Numbered from the stretch's first letter, positions 17,465 to 27,523 are shown. The stretch is 64,000 nucleotides of DNA from Patescibacteria group bacterium (GCA_041661405.1 JBAZUL010000008.1:3640-67639); one strand, 5' to 3'. Translations and numbers: made by a program. The notes: generated by a model from the sequence alone, not told the origin.

Positions 17465-19048
17465 ATGAAACGAATGACAAGATTAAAATCAATTTTTAAC
17501 CCTGAGAAAATTTCCGCGATTATTATTTTAATCATTTTTGCCGAACTGTTTTCATTGTTCGGTTATTTTATTCCGACTTTAGCGCCGGTTTTTTTCGGCG
17601 CGCTCGTCATTTTAACGCTCGCGCTTTCCGTAAAAGATTTAAGCTTAGGAATTTTTATCCTTCTCGCCGAACTTTTTATCGGCTCCAAAGGCTATCTTTT
17701 TTTTCTTGATTTTAACGGTAAAACCGTTTCCATCCGCGTGGCCATCTTCGGCGTTGTTATGGGAGTCTGGGTAATGAAAAAAATCATCGGCCTCGCGAAA
17801 GAAAAAAAACTGACAATTAACTATCAAACCTTTAAGGAAAATATTGATTTAATCGTTTTTTTCGCGCTCATTTCCATGGGTCTTTTAAACGGCCTTTATA
17901 ACCGAAACGGAGCCGGGAACATTTTTTACGACTTTAACGGCTGGATTTATTTCTTGATCGCCCTGCCGCTTTTTGACACATTAAAAAAGGCTGATATAAA
18001 GTCCATCCAAAATATCTTTATCGAGTCCGCCATCTTTATTTCCGCGAAAACTCTCATCTTCCTTTACGTCTTTTCACATTTCTCCGCCTGGGACATTTAT
18101 CCTTATTACCGCTGGATCCGCGATACCGGCGTCGGCGAGATAACTTTAATGCCGAACGGTTTTTACCGGATCTTTTTTCAGTCGCAGATTTTCGCCTTAG
18201 CCGGAATATTTATTTTGCTGGCTTTCATGCTCCCGAAACTAAATTCAGCGGCTGATAAAACAAAAACGTTTTTTCACGGGTTGCGGCAATTTGTAAGTGA
18301 AAACTATCTTTTGTTGTCCGTCGCCTGCCTGTTATTGTCTTCGGTTTTAATTTCATTTTCGCGAAGCTATTTTGCCGGCCTGGCAGGAGGCATGGTTTTA
18401 ATAATTTTACTCGCCGTATTTTCTTTTGGCTGGAAAATATTTTTAAAAATCTTTCCTGTTATCGCGGCAATCGGAGTCGGGAGCCTCTTAATTATTTTCG
18501 TTGTCACGAAATTTCCGTTTCCGAAAGCTATTGCCGATTTTAACGCTTTATCATTAGCCGACCGCGCTACCGAGCTTTCCGGGGAAGCCGGCGCCAGTTC
18601 GCGCTGGGCATTACTTCCGCCGCTTTGGGAAAAAATAAAATCCGCGCCGATTTTCGGCCGCGGCTTCGGCGCCACGGTTACTTATAAGTCTAGCGATCCT
18701 CGGGTTTTAGAAACTTCGCCGGACGGGACTTTTACTACTTACGCCTTTGAATGGGGCTGGCTGGATATCTGGCTGAAAATCGGGCTTTTCGGCCTGCTGG
18801 CTTACCTGATCCTCATCCTAAGAGTTACCCTTCAGATTTTACGTTCGCTAAAAAGCCAGTCAGCGGAGTATGAAAAACATAAATTTATAAACCCTGGAAT
18901 AGCAATCGGCCTTTTATCAATCTGCGGAGTAAGCGTTTTTTCGCCCTACATGAACCATCCGCTCGGCATCGGCTATTTAATCCTCGCGCTAACTTTCATG
19001 AGCCTGAGCCAGGAAGATAATCTTGTAGTGGATATTGAAAAAAGCTGA
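17465..19048 (+). CDS. O-antigen ligase/polymerase-like (Wzy_C family) membrane protein
   Basis: About 12 hydrophobic helices, with a central SFSRSYFAGLAGGMVLIILL region and a large loop as in the O-antigen ligase family. Confidence 0.6.
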   Translation: MKRMTRLKSIFNPEKISAIIILIIFAELFSLFGYFIPTLAPVFFGALVILTLALSVKDLSLGIFILLAELFIGSKGYLFFLDFNGKTVSIRVAIFGVVMGVWVMKKIIGLAKEKKLTINYQTFKENIDLIVFFALISMGLLNGLYNRNGAGNIFYDFNGWIYFLIALPLFDTLKKADIKSIQNIFIESAIFISAKTLIFLYVFSHFSAWDIYPYYRWIRDTGVGEITLMPNGFYRIFFQSQIFALAGIFILLAFMLPKLNSAADKTKTFFHGLRQFVSENYLLLSVACLLLSSVLISFSRSYFAGLAGGMVLIILLAVFSFGWKIFLKIFPVIAAIGVGSLLIIFVVTKFPFPKAIADFNALSLADRATELSGEAGASSRWALLPPLWEKIKSAPIFGRGFGATVTYKSSDPRVLETSPDGTFTTYAFEWGWLDIWLKIGLFGLLAYLILILRVTLQILRSLKSQSAEYEKHKFINPGIAIGLLSICGVSVFSPYMNHPLGIGYLILALTFMSLSQEDNLVVDIEKS

Positions 19049-19052
19049 GTAG

Positions 19053-19081
19053 TTGCGTTTTTGGGAATTTTATTGTATATT
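19053..19081 (+). promoter_or_regulatory. Candidate promoter for greA
   Basis: TTGCGT (19053-19058), a 17-nt spacer, then TATATT (19076-19081). This would give a leader of about 100 nt. Confidence 0.4.
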
Positions 19082-19099
19082 ACATTAAACTTATATATT

Positions 19100-19185
19100 C
19101 GCGTAACGTGGAACGCCTAGCGCGTAACGAACTTTTCAGAATAATTTAAATTCGTTACACGTTCTAAGTTACGCGTTATTCGTCA
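19100..19185 (+). repeat. Nested imperfect palindrome built from CGTAAC-type heptamers (greA leader)
   Basis: CGCGTAA CGTGGAA CGCCTAG CGCGTAA CGAACTT (19100-19134) faces TTCGTTA CACGTTC TAAGTTA CGCGTTA TTCGTCA (19151-19185). GTAACGAA pairs with TTCGTTAC, and CGCGTAAC..GAAC pairs with GTTC..GTTACGCG. Confidence 0.8.
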
Positions 19186-19189
19186 AATT

Positions 19190-19648
19190 ATGTCCGATCA
19201 AATTATCACTACCGAGGGGTTTCAAAAGCTCCAGCAGGAACTTAATAATCTCATTAGCGTCCGGCGGCGGGAAATTGCCGAGCGGATTGAGAAAGCCAAA
19301 GAATTAGGCGACCTTTCAGAAAACGCCGAATACGCCGACGCGAAAGAAGCCCAGGCTTTTAACGAAGGTCGGATCCTGGAAATCCAGTCCATATTAAAAA
19401 ATTACACGGTCGTAAAAAACGGCGGCCAAAAAGGAATCGTGAGCATGGGTTCGCGGGTAACTGTGAAATTTGACGGCAAGAATAAAACTTATTCCATAGT
19501 TTCATTCAACGAAGTTGATCCGACCGAAGGAAAAATTTCCAACGAGTCGCCCCTGGGCCGCGCGTTTTTAGGCCATAAAAAAGGCGACCGGGTAAAAGTT
19601 GAAACTCCGAGAGGGGAGACGGAATATGAGATAACGAAAATTGAATAA
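19190..19648 (+). CDS. greA: Transcription elongation factor GreA
   Basis: ITTEGFQKLQQEL..RREIAERIEKAKELGDLSENAEYADAKEAQ coiled-coil, followed by the C-terminal globular domain. Confidence 0.9.
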   Translation: MSDQIITTEGFQKLQQELNNLISVRRREIAERIEKAKELGDLSENAEYADAKEAQAFNEGRILEIQSILKNYTVVKNGGQKGIVSMGSRVTVKFDGKNKTYSIVSFNEVDPTEGKISNESPLGRAFLGHKKGDRVKVETPRGETEYEITKIE

Positions 19649-19651
19649 TGT

Positions 19652-19676
19652 AATTTGCAGGGAGCAAAATTTTTTG
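19652..19676 (+). terminator. Rho-independent terminator after greA
   Basis: AATTTGC-AGGGA-GCAAAATT hairpin followed by TTTTT, directly after the stop codon. Confidence 0.6.
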
Positions 19677-19730
19677 TTCCCTATTTCTAATACGTCCTTT
19701 TAAAATACACCAAAAGTTCTTTGGACAGTT

Positions 19731-20087
19731 TTGATGGTAAATATAAACTTGCCCGCAAAATTGTCCGAGGAACTTTTTTTAACATTCGCCGGAAAGGGGG
19801 TGAGAAGCTTGTTTGATAACTTTAATAAAACAGACCTGATATATGCTGGTCTGCTGTTCGCTATCACATTTGGAATTCTTATAATGTGGTGGCGCAGTCG
19901 GCGGAGATCGGCCCCGTCGGAGCTGGAAGCCTTCAGGGCTAAGAGGGGTAAAACCCTCGAGGCCATAGAGGAAGCGCGGGCTCTCCAAGAGACCCGCGGC
20001 CAAATCGCCTTTGAAGAGCTTGAGAAGGAGATCAAGCTCAAAAAAGGCGAGACGGCACCCGGCGGAGTCGCCGGGGCAGGGGGCTGA
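19731..20087 (+). CDS. Hypothetical small membrane protein (GC-rich codon usage)
   Basis: Coding-type codon periodicity (GAG/GAA/GCC-rich frame), one TM helix (LIYAGLLFAITFGILIMWW), then a charged helical tail. The antisense 168-aa ORF looks spurious. Confidence 0.5.
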   Translation: MMVNINLPAKLSEELFLTFAGKGVRSLFDNFNKTDLIYAGLLFAITFGILIMWWRSRRRSAPSELEAFRAKRGKTLEAIEEARALQETRGQIAFEELEKEIKLKKGETAPGGVAGAGG

Positions 20088-20141
20088 CGCCACCGCTCCG
20101 CGCGCAGTTGAGCGCGCCACAACCCGGCCCCCTGTTTTTTA
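20076..20141 (+). terminator. Compound GC-rich hairpin with T-tract
   Basis: CAGGGGGC (20076-20083) pairs with GCCCCCTG (20128-20135) and is followed by TTTTTT. An inner hairpin GCGCGC-AGTTGA-GCGCGC lies at 20101-20118. Confidence 0.45.
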
Positions 20142-20161
20142 AAAGGGAAGGCCGGTTTTTT

Positions 20162-20190
20162 TTGACTTTTAGGGTAAAATGGGGTAAATT
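20162..20190 (+). promoter_or_regulatory. Candidate promoter for lysS
   Basis: TTGACT (20162-20167), a 17-nt spacer, then TAAATT (20185-20190), preceded by a T8 tract. Confidence 0.45.
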
Positions 20191-20247
20191 TAGAGTAGCG
20201 AGACATTCACCTTTTATCGTCTTTTTACAATTTTCTACTATTTTTTT

Positions 20248-21729
20248 ATGAGCGAAAAAATAAGCGAACGAAGCGACCGGATTAAAAAACTGGAGGAACT
20301 GAGAAAAATCGGAGTCAATCCTTACCCTTCAAAAGTTCGGCGCGATCATGATATAAAAGAAGTTTTTGGCAAATTTAAGGAACTGGAAAAAAATAAAACC
20401 CCGGTCGCGATTGCTGGCCGGCTTAGAGCCATACGCTCGCACGGCAACCTTACTTTCGCACATCTTGAAGACGGGAGCGGGAAAATCCAGATCGCTTTTT
20501 CAAAAAATGAGATTGGGCCGGAAAGTTACAAGAATTTCATCAAACTCATTGATATCGGCGATTTTATTTCCATAATTGGAACGGCTTTTATTACCCATAA
20601 AGGCGAAGAGTCGCTCATGGCTTCTGAATGGAATTTAATTTCAAAGGCGCTCCGGCCATTGCCTGACAAATGGGCCGGGTTTAAGGACGAAGAAGAACGG
20701 TTCCGCAAAAGGTACATGGACATTCTCTTTAACCCTGAAACGCGGGGGATCGTTGAAAAACGGTCAAAATTCTGGCAATCAACGCGTAATTTCTTTCTGG
20801 AAAAAGGATTTTTAGAGGTTGAGACTCCGGTCTTGGAAACTACGACCGGCGGCGCCGATGCCCGGCCGTTTATAACGCATCATAACGCTCTGGACTTAGA
20901 CGTTTATTTAAGAATTTCCATGGGCGAGCTCTGGCAAAAGCGGCTTTTAGTCGCCGGCTTTGAAAAAACTTTTGAAATCGGCCGGCAATTCCGGAACGAA
21001 GGCATGGACGCCGAGCATTTGCAGGATTACACCCAGATGGAATTTTATGAGGCTTACGCTGATTACGAGGCCGGTATGAAAATCGTTGAAGAGCTTTTTA
21101 GATTCACAGCCAAAGAAACTTTCGGGACGCTGAATTTCAAGATCAACGGCTTTGAAATTGACCTTGGAAAAAAATGGGAGCGCTATGACTATCGCGAGAC
21201 CATACTGAAATTCACCGGCGTTGACGTCCTTTCGGCCGACCTGGAAATGATTGAAAAAAAGTTAAAAGAGCTTAAAGTAAAATACGATAAAAAAGGCTTT
21301 AATATAACGAGGGCCATAGATAATCTCTGGAAATACTGCCGGAAAAAATTGGGCGGTCCCGGATTTCTCATTAACCTGCCGATAACCGTCAGCCCTTTAG
21401 CTAAAAAATCGGAAAATGACCCCCGGACTGTTGAGCGGTTCCAGGTTTTAATCGCCGGCTCCGAACTCGGCAACGGCTATTCGGAATTAAACGACCCGCT
21501 GGATCAGTCGCGAAGATTTTGTGAGCAGGCAAAACTCCGGGCCGCCGGCGATGAAGAAGCGCAGATGTATGACGAGGATTTTGTTGAAGCCCTTGAATAC
21601 GGCATGCCCCCGGCTTGCGGGTTCGGTATGTCTGAGCGGGTGTTCGCTTTTTTAATGAATAAGTCCATGCGCGAAACCCAAATTTTTCCCTTGATGAAGC
21701 CGAAAATAATCCCGCCGGCGGAAAAGTAG
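20248..21729 (+). CDS. lysS: Lysine--tRNA ligase (class II)
   Basis: RKRYMDILFNPETR, FRNEGMDAEHLQDYTQMEFYEAYADY and GFGMSERVF class II motifs. Confidence 0.92.
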   Translation: MSEKISERSDRIKKLEELRKIGVNPYPSKVRRDHDIKEVFGKFKELEKNKTPVAIAGRLRAIRSHGNLTFAHLEDGSGKIQIAFSKNEIGPESYKNFIKLIDIGDFISIIGTAFITHKGEESLMASEWNLISKALRPLPDKWAGFKDEEERFRKRYMDILFNPETRGIVEKRSKFWQSTRNFFLEKGFLEVETPVLETTTGGADARPFITHHNALDLDVYLRISMGELWQKRLLVAGFEKTFEIGRQFRNEGMDAEHLQDYTQMEFYEAYADYEAGMKIVEELFRFTAKETFGTLNFKINGFEIDLGKKWERYDYRETILKFTGVDVLSADLEMIEKKLKELKVKYDKKGFNITRAIDNLWKYCRKKLGGPGFLINLPITVSPLAKKSENDPRTVERFQVLIAGSELGNGYSELNDPLDQSRRFCEQAKLRAAGDEEAQMYDEDFVEALEYGMPPACGFGMSERVFAFLMNKSMRETQIFPLMKPKIIPPAEK

Positions 21730-21805
21730 ATAACTACGAATTACAAATCCTTTCACAAATATATAAATATAACGCTAATACGTGAACGGATTAGAATAAT
21801 TAAGT

Positions 21806-22399
21806 ATGGATATTTTAGAATTAGGCATTGATTACAACCAAGCTCAAAAACTAGTTGACCAATACATTACCGATAAAATTACCCGCCTGCATTTAATTGA
21901 ATCCGAGGCGATCATGCGCGCCTTGGCTCGGCATTTTAAGGAAGACGAGGAAAAGTGGGGGATTGTCGGCCTGCTCCATGATATTGACTGGGATCTGACC
22001 AAAAATAATACCAAAGAACACTGCGTCCGGTGCGTCCGGATTTTAAAAGAGGCCGGAGCGACGGATTTTTTAGTAAACACGATTGTTTCGCACGGCTATG
22101 GCATTGAATCCTGCGGCGCCGGAATGGATAAGTCGCGTTCCGCAAAACTGGAGCATTGCTTAGTGGCCGCCGAAACTTTAACTGGATTAATAATCGCGAC
22201 GACTTTAATGCAACCGGATAAAAAACTAGCGAGCGTCAGACCTGAATCTTTAAAGAAAAAATATAAAACCAAAGGCTTTGCCGCTAAGTGCAACCGCGAG
22301 CTGATCGCCGAGTGCGAAAAATGCGGCATCCCCTTGGATGAATTTCTAAACCTAGGATTAAAGGCTTTGCAGGGGATAAGCGGGGAGCTGGGAATGTAA
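21806..22399 (+). CDS. HD domain-containing phosphohydrolase
   Basis: HD motif in GLLHDIDW, plus conserved His residues (SHGYG) typical of the HD superfamily. Confidence 0.7.
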   Translation: MDILELGIDYNQAQKLVDQYITDKITRLHLIESEAIMRALARHFKEDEEKWGIVGLLHDIDWDLTKNNTKEHCVRCVRILKEAGATDFLVNTIVSHGYGIESCGAGMDKSRSAKLEHCLVAAETLTGLIIATTLMQPDKKLASVRPESLKKKYKTKGFAAKCNRELIAECEKCGIPLDEFLNLGLKALQGISGELGM

Positions 22400-22431
22400 T
22401 AATGAAGAGATAGGGCAAGCATAATACAACT

Positions 22432-23052
22432 ATGTCCAAACAAAAAAAACTGGTAATTTTTTTATTGACATTTATTTTGCTTCTCGCCTGGTCGGCTTAT
22501 AAGCCGCATGATTATTTGACTTGGGCTCTTGAAGTTTTTCCGGCCGTAATCGGCGTGGCGATTTTAGCGCTGACTTACAAAAAATTCCAATTCACGGCTT
22601 TTATTTATTTTTTAATCCTTTTACATACGATTATCCTCATTGTCGGCGGACATTACACTTACGCCCTAAATCCGCTCTTTGAATATATCAAGGAAATTTT
22701 TAATTTAAGCCGGAACCACTACGACCGGCTCGGGCATTTTGCCCAAGGTTTTCTCCCGGCTCTCGTAGCGAGGGAAATACTAATCCGAAAATCGCCGCTT
22801 AAAGGCGGGGGCTGGCTGGCGTTTACGATTATTTCTTTTTGCCTGGCCGTAAGCGCGGTTTATGAACTTACAGAATGGGCCGGGGCAGTGATATTCGGGA
22901 GCGGCGCCGACGCTTTTTTAGGCACTCAGGGAGATATTTTTGACACCCAAAAAGACATGCTTATGGCTCTGATCGGTGCGATTTCAGCCTTATTGTTTTT
23001 TAGCCGATTACATGATAGAAAGCTTAAAGAAGAAGGAATGATTGAGCTATGA
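22432..23052 (+). CDS. YjdF/DUF2238 family membrane protein
   Basis: Polytopic protein with GGHYTYALNPLF..SRNHYDRLGHFAQGF, which I recognise as characteristic of DUF2238. Confidence 0.65.
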   Translation: MSKQKKLVIFLLTFILLLAWSAYKPHDYLTWALEVFPAVIGVAILALTYKKFQFTAFIYFLILLHTIILIVGGHYTYALNPLFEYIKEIFNLSRNHYDRLGHFAQGFLPALVAREILIRKSPLKGGGWLAFTIISFCLAVSAVYELTEWAGAVIFGSGADAFLGTQGDIFDTQKDMLMALIGAISALLFFSRLHDRKLKEEGMIEL

Positions 23053-23645
23053 AAATAAAACGCCCGATATCAAAATCAATCGCCCCAAAAAACGCCAAGC
23101 GGGTTTTTAAAGGGGAAATTTTTGACGTTTACCAGTGGCAACAGAAAATGTACGACGGGAGCTTCGCGACTTTTGAAAAATTAAAGCGCTCTGATACAGT
23201 TCAGGTTATTCCGGTTACTGAAGACGGAAAAATAATCCTTTTAAAGCAATCCCAGCCCGGGTTCAGAAAACCCTGCTTAAGCGTGGCCGGCGGCCGGATT
23301 GATCCGGGTGAAACGCCCTTGCGAGCCGCCCATCGCGAGCTCTTAGAAGAGACCGGCTACAAGGCGAAAAAAATGGAATTGTGGTATAGCGTCCAGCCGA
23401 ACGCGAAAATTGATTACGCGGTTTACGGTTTTATCGCCAAAGGATGCAGGAAAGTTGCCGCCCAGAACCTTGACGCGGGAGAGAAAATTAAAATAAAAAT
23501 CGTTAGCCTGCAAGAATTTTTACGGGTGGTTTTTGAAAAAGGATTTTACGATCCAGAAATCGCTTTAAGAATTTTAAAGGAGAGCGGAAATTGGAAAAAT
23601 CTTTTTAAAGACATGAAAGCCGTTAAGAAAAGATTTTTAGATTAA
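23049..23645 (+). CDS. NUDIX hydrolase
   Basis: Nudix box [23 protein letters not shown]. The start overlaps the upstream stop by 4 nt. Confidence 0.85.
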   Translation: MKIKRPISKSIAPKNAKRVFKGEIFDVYQWQQKMYDGSFATFEKLKRSDTVQVIPVTEDGKIILLKQSQPGFRKPCLSVAGGRIDPGETPLRAAHRELLEETGYKAKKMELWYSVQPNAKIDYAVYGFIAKGCRKVAAQNLDAGEKIKIKIVSLQEFLRVVFEKGFYDPEIALRILKESGNWKNLFKDMKAVKKRFLD

Positions 23646-23665
23646 ATTTTTTTATCTTATTACTT

Positions 23666-24946
23666 ATGAAAATCAAAGATTTAAAAGCCATGGAAATTTT
23701 AGACAGCCGGGGCAATCCGACTGTTTTAGCGACGGTAATTTTGGATAACGGCATTGAAGGAAACGCGGCCGTTCCTTCGGGCGCGTCAACCGGAACCTAC
23801 GAAGCCTGCGAACTAAGGGATAACGACAAAGCCCGGTTCGGCGGAAAAGGCGTTTTAACCGCTGTTCACAATATTGAGACAGTAATAAAAGACGCTCTTT
23901 TCGGAATGGATGCCGCGGATCAAACCGCCATTGATAAAAAAATGATTGAGCTGGACAGGACGCCGAATAAAGCCCGGCTCGGAGCGAACGCGATTTTAGC
24001 CGTGTCATTGGCAACAGCGCGCGCGGCGGCTGGGAGCGAAAAAAAACCATTGTATGAATATTTAACAAAATTCAATCCGGACTTTAAAGGAATTTACGAA
24101 ATGCCTGTACCGATGATGAATATTATGAACGGCGGAAAACACGCTGACTGGGCGACTGATATTCAGGAATTTATGATCATGCCAATCGGCGCGAAAACTA
24201 TGAGCGACGCGGTTCGGATGGGCGCCGAAGTTTATGGAAACCTGAAAAAAGTATTAAAAGCAAAAAAAATGAACATTAACGTCGGCGACGAAGGCGGTTT
24301 CGCGCCGGCGGTCAATTCAAATGAAGAGCCGTTCCAGCTTATTTCCGAAGCAATCGCGCAAGCCGGATATGAGCTCGGGCAAGACATTATTTTTGCCATT
24401 GATCCGGCTTCGTCCGAATTTTATAAAGACGGGGCTTATCAGTTAAACAAAGAAGGGAAAACTTTAAACAGCGCGGAACTGGCTGAGTTTTACTTAAACC
24501 TCGCGAAAAAATACCCGATTAAATCCATGGAAGACCATTTTTCGGAAGACGACTGGGAAGGCTTTAAGTCGTTTACGGAAAAAACCGAAAATAAAATCCA
24601 GACCGTCGGCGACGATCTTTATGTTACGAACATCTCCCGGCTAAAACGGGGAATAGAAGAAAAAACCACTAATTCCATTTTAATTAAAGTTAATCAGATC
24701 GGCACTTTATCCGAAGCGATCGGAGCTATTCTTATGGCTCGGGAGGCCAAAATGACCGCGGTTATTTCGCACCGCTCAGCTGAGACTGAAGATGCTTTTA
24801 TCGCCGACTTAGTCGTCGCAATGGGCACCGGGCAGATTAAAACCGGCGCCCCGGCCCGAAGCGAGCGGACGGCAAAATATAACCGGCTCATGGTTATTGA
24901 AAAAGAACTCGGCGAAAAGGCCATTTACGCGAAATTTCCGTTTTAA
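23666..24946 (+). CDS. eno: Enolase
   Basis: [28 protein letters not shown] and [16 protein letters not shown]. Confidence 0.95.
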   Translation: MKIKDLKAMEILDSRGNPTVLATVILDNGIEGNAAVPSGASTGTYEACELRDNDKARFGGKGVLTAVHNIETVIKDALFGMDAADQTAIDKKMIELDRTPNKARLGANAILAVSLATARAAAGSEKKPLYEYLTKFNPDFKGIYEMPVPMMNIMNGGKHADWATDIQEFMIMPIGAKTMSDAVRMGAEVYGNLKKVLKAKKMNINVGDEGGFAPAVNSNEEPFQLISEAIAQAGYELGQDIIFAIDPASSEFYKDGAYQLNKEGKTLNSAELAEFYLNLAKKYPIKSMEDHFSEDDWEGFKSFTEKTENKIQTVGDDLYVTNISRLKRGIEEKTTNSILIKVNQIGTLSEAIGAILMAREAKMTAVISHRSAETEDAFIADLVVAMGTGQIKTGAPARSERTAKYNRLMVIEKELGEKAIYAKFPF

Positions 24947-24955
24947 AAAATTATC

Positions 24956-26470
24956 ATGCATAAAAAAGTATTACTCATCATCTGCGACGGCATGGGTTAT
25001 AGGGAAGAAAAAGAGCATAACGCCATTGCCGAGGCCAGCACGCCCAATCTGGACAGTTACTATAAAAACTACCCTTGGGCGCTTTTAGGCGCGTCCGGCG
25101 AAGATGTAGGATTGCCAGAAGGGCAGATGGGAACGTCGGAAGCGAACCATTTAGTTATGGGTTCCGGCCGAATAATTTATCAGAACCTGGTAAAAATTAA
25201 TAAACATATTGAGACAGGCGAGCTTAAAAATAACCCGGCCATCCGGGAAGCCCTTGATCATGTAAAAAAATATAAAAGCACGCTCCATATAAAAGGCATG
25301 GCCTCGCCCGGTGGAGTCCACGGCCACGTTGACCATCTTAAGGCTCTCATAAAAATCGCCAAAGACGAGGGCGTGGAAAAAGTTCAAATCCATCTTTTTA
25401 CCGATGGTCGGGATACGCCGCCAAAAAGCGCCTTGGATTATGTTAAAGAGCTGGAAGACTATATAGCCGCCGAAGGCCTCGGCCGGATCGCGACGATCGG
25501 CGGACGCTACTGGGGAATGGATCGGGATAATAACACGGAACGTATTGAAAAACATTTTTTCCTCCTTACTAAAGCAAACGGCCCGAAATTTAAAACCGCC
25601 CGATCCGCGATTGAAGCGTCTTACGAAAATAAGATGGGGGATGAATTTATTGAGCCGTCCCTGATCGCGGCTGACGCTGATGAGGCGACTTTGATTGCCC
25701 CGAATGATGCCGTAATTTTCGCTAATTTCCGTTCAGACCGGGCGCGCCAGCTCGCGAGAAAATTCATTGACGCGAAAATTGAAAATTTAAAATACGTAAC
25801 CATGACCCGCTATGACGACGATTACGATTCGCTTGATGTCCGGGTGGCTTTTCCGCCAGAAACGATTCTAAATTGCCTTTCGGAAACCCTGAGCCAAACC
25901 GAATTAAAACAGCTGAAAATTACCGAAACCGAAAAATATCCTCATCTTACTTTCTTTTTTAACGCCCAAAAATACGAAGCCTTTGCCGGCGAAGACCGGA
26001 TTCTTATTGACTCTAATAAAGACGTAGCTTATCACGATGAAAAGCCGGAAATGAAAGTTTTTGACATCGCTGAAAAACTTGTTAAGGAACTAAGAAGCGA
26101 TAAATACGATTTTATCGCGACCAACTTTGTCAATTGCGATATGGTTGGCCATACCGGCAATATGCCGGCCATTATCCGGGGAATTGAATCTATGGATAAG
26201 GCAATCGGCATAACAGTAGAAGCCGCGGAAAAATCCGGCTGGGATGTCATAATAACCGCCGATCACGGCAACGCGGAAGAAACTTTTGACCCGGCGATTA
26301 ACCAACCGATTACTTCGCACACCTTAAACCCGGTGCCGTTTATTCTTATCTCAGACGAATATAAAAAGCTAAAGAAAAAACGCGCGCTTTTATCCGACGT
26401 AGCGCCGACGATACTAAAAATTATGGATATTAAGAAGCCCGAAGAAATGACCGGGGAGAGTCTTGTATGA
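24956..26470 (+). CDS. gpmI: 2,3-bisphosphoglycerate-independent phosphoglycerate mutase
   Basis: LIICDGMGYRE, SEANHLVMGSGR, NCDMVGHTGN and ITADHGNAE. Confidence 0.92.
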   Translation: MHKKVLLIICDGMGYREEKEHNAIAEASTPNLDSYYKNYPWALLGASGEDVGLPEGQMGTSEANHLVMGSGRIIYQNLVKINKHIETGELKNNPAIREALDHVKKYKSTLHIKGMASPGGVHGHVDHLKALIKIAKDEGVEKVQIHLFTDGRDTPPKSALDYVKELEDYIAAEGLGRIATIGGRYWGMDRDNNTERIEKHFFLLTKANGPKFKTARSAIEASYENKMGDEFIEPSLIAADADEATLIAPNDAVIFANFRSDRARQLARKFIDAKIENLKYVTMTRYDDDYDSLDVRVAFPPETILNCLSETLSQTELKQLKITETEKYPHLTFFFNAQKYEAFAGEDRILIDSNKDVAYHDEKPEMKVFDIAEKLVKELRSDKYDFIATNFVNCDMVGHTGNMPAIIRGIESMDKAIGITVEAAEKSGWDVIITADHGNAEETFDPAINQPITSHTLNPVPFILISDEYKKLKKKRALLSDVAPTILKIMDIKKPEEMTGESLV

Positions 26471-27084
26471 CGAATTTATCAAAAATTTTTGACTTCCTGC
26501 ATTTGATAAGGGATTTAAAAACAACCTACCGCTACGGCGCGCAGGAAAGGGAAGGCGGCGTACATCGCGATTCATCGGCCGACCATTCCTGGCGCGTCGC
26601 GATCATGGTTTTTCTTTTCGCCGAAGAGCTGAAGCTGGAAATTGATATTTATAAAGCCGTAAAAATCGCTTTGACACATGATCTCGTTGAAGCGATCGCC
26701 GGTGACGTTGATTACCGGCTGATCTGGCTTAAAAAAGTTTCGCCCGAGGACAAGTTTAAAAATGAATACGCGGCCATGGAAAAAATCAGGGGAACTTTGC
26801 CCTCTCCGGCCGGGCAGGAAATCTTTGATCTTTGGCTAGAGTTTGAAAAGGGAACGACCCCGGAAGGGAAGTTCGTAAACGCTTTAGATAAGATGGAGGG
26901 GATGACGCATTTAATTGAAGAAGGACATATGACTTATGACGTCCCGGAATCAATACCGCGCTACGCCGACCAGGCGGTTGCCGATTTTCCCGCCCTGAAA
27001 AACGCTTATAAGATCATGAAAGAAAAGTTGAAAAAAGAATTTGAAAAAGGCGGAATTGAATGGAAAAATGAATATGAAAAGTGA
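26467..27084 (+). CDS. HD domain protein (YfbR-type 5-prime-deoxynucleotidase-like)
   Basis: Metal-ligand pattern DSSADHSWRV ... THDLVEAIAGD. The start overlaps the gpmI stop by 4 nt. Confidence 0.7.
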   Translation: MTNLSKIFDFLHLIRDLKTTYRYGAQEREGGVHRDSSADHSWRVAIMVFLFAEELKLEIDIYKAVKIALTHDLVEAIAGDVDYRLIWLKKVSPEDKFKNEYAAMEKIRGTLPSPAGQEIFDLWLEFEKGTTPEGKFVNALDKMEGMTHLIEEGHMTYDVPESIPRYADQAVADFPALKNAYKIMKEKLKKEFEKGGIEWKNEYEK

Positions 27085-27481
27085 AATTCCAAGTTCCAAA
27101 AAGGTTATGGTTTTCGGCACTTTTGACATTTTCCACCCGGGGCACGCGCATTTTTTAAAACAGGCGAGAAAATTGGGGCGGCATCTTACGGTTATTATAG
27201 CCCGGGACAGAAATGTAAAAACCATAAAAGGGAAATTGCCAAGAAACAAAGAAAATGTTAGGCTGAAAAGAGTAAGGATGAGCGGACTGGCTCAAGAGGT
27301 TATTTTAGGGAATCTAAGCGATAAATACGCGGTGATAAGGAAGTTTAAACCGGACGTAATCGCGCTGGGGTATGACCAGCTAAACTATACGGAAGGCTTG
27401 GCGAAAAAATTTAAAAACATAAAAATAATCCGTTTAAAAGCTTTTAAGCCCCATATATATAAATCATCTTTAATTAATTGA
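27074..27481 (+). CDS. Cytidylyltransferase-like nucleotidyltransferase (HxGH family)
   Basis: VMVFGTFDIFHPGHAHFLKQARKLG motif. The start is ambiguous (27041, 27068 or 27074). Confidence 0.7.
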   Translation: MKSEIPSSKKVMVFGTFDIFHPGHAHFLKQARKLGRHLTVIIARDRNVKTIKGKLPRNKENVRLKRVRMSGLAQEVILGNLSDKYAVIRKFKPDVIALGYDQLNYTEGLAKKFKNIKIIRLKAFKPHIYKSSLIN

Positions 27482-27518
27482 TAATTGAAAATTGCTAATT
27501 GATAATTGATAATTGGAT
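27477..27518. repeat. Tandem heptamer array AATTGAT AATTGAA AATTGCT AATTGAT AATTGAT AATTGGA
   Basis: Six exact-period units that overlap the upstream stop codon and end 5 nt before the serS ATG. Confidence 0.9.
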
Positions 27519-27523
27519 ATAAT

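Noticed and set aside
19860-20150. GC-rich patch examined as a candidate tmRNA, SRP RNA or other structured RNA
   Set aside because: I could not find the diagnostic motifs: a tRNA-like acceptor/T-arm with a tag ORF for tmRNA, or the SRP domain IV GGAA/AGCA symmetric loop. The plus-strand protein-coding reading explains the sequence better.
19700-20206. 168-aa minus-strand ORF overlapping the 118-aa plus-strand ORF
   Set aside because: Its translation is low-complexity (Ser/Ala/Pro/Arg-rich) with no recognisable features. The plus-strand frame shows normal coding periodicity and a TM helix, so this ORF is most likely an antisense artefact of the GC-rich patch.
27477-27518. Heptamer arrays considered as possible CRISPR or minisatellite-encoded peptide repeats
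   Set aside because: The units are only 7 nt long and contiguous, with no spacers, and no cas genes are present. This is not a CRISPR array; the arrays are reported as tandem repeats instead.
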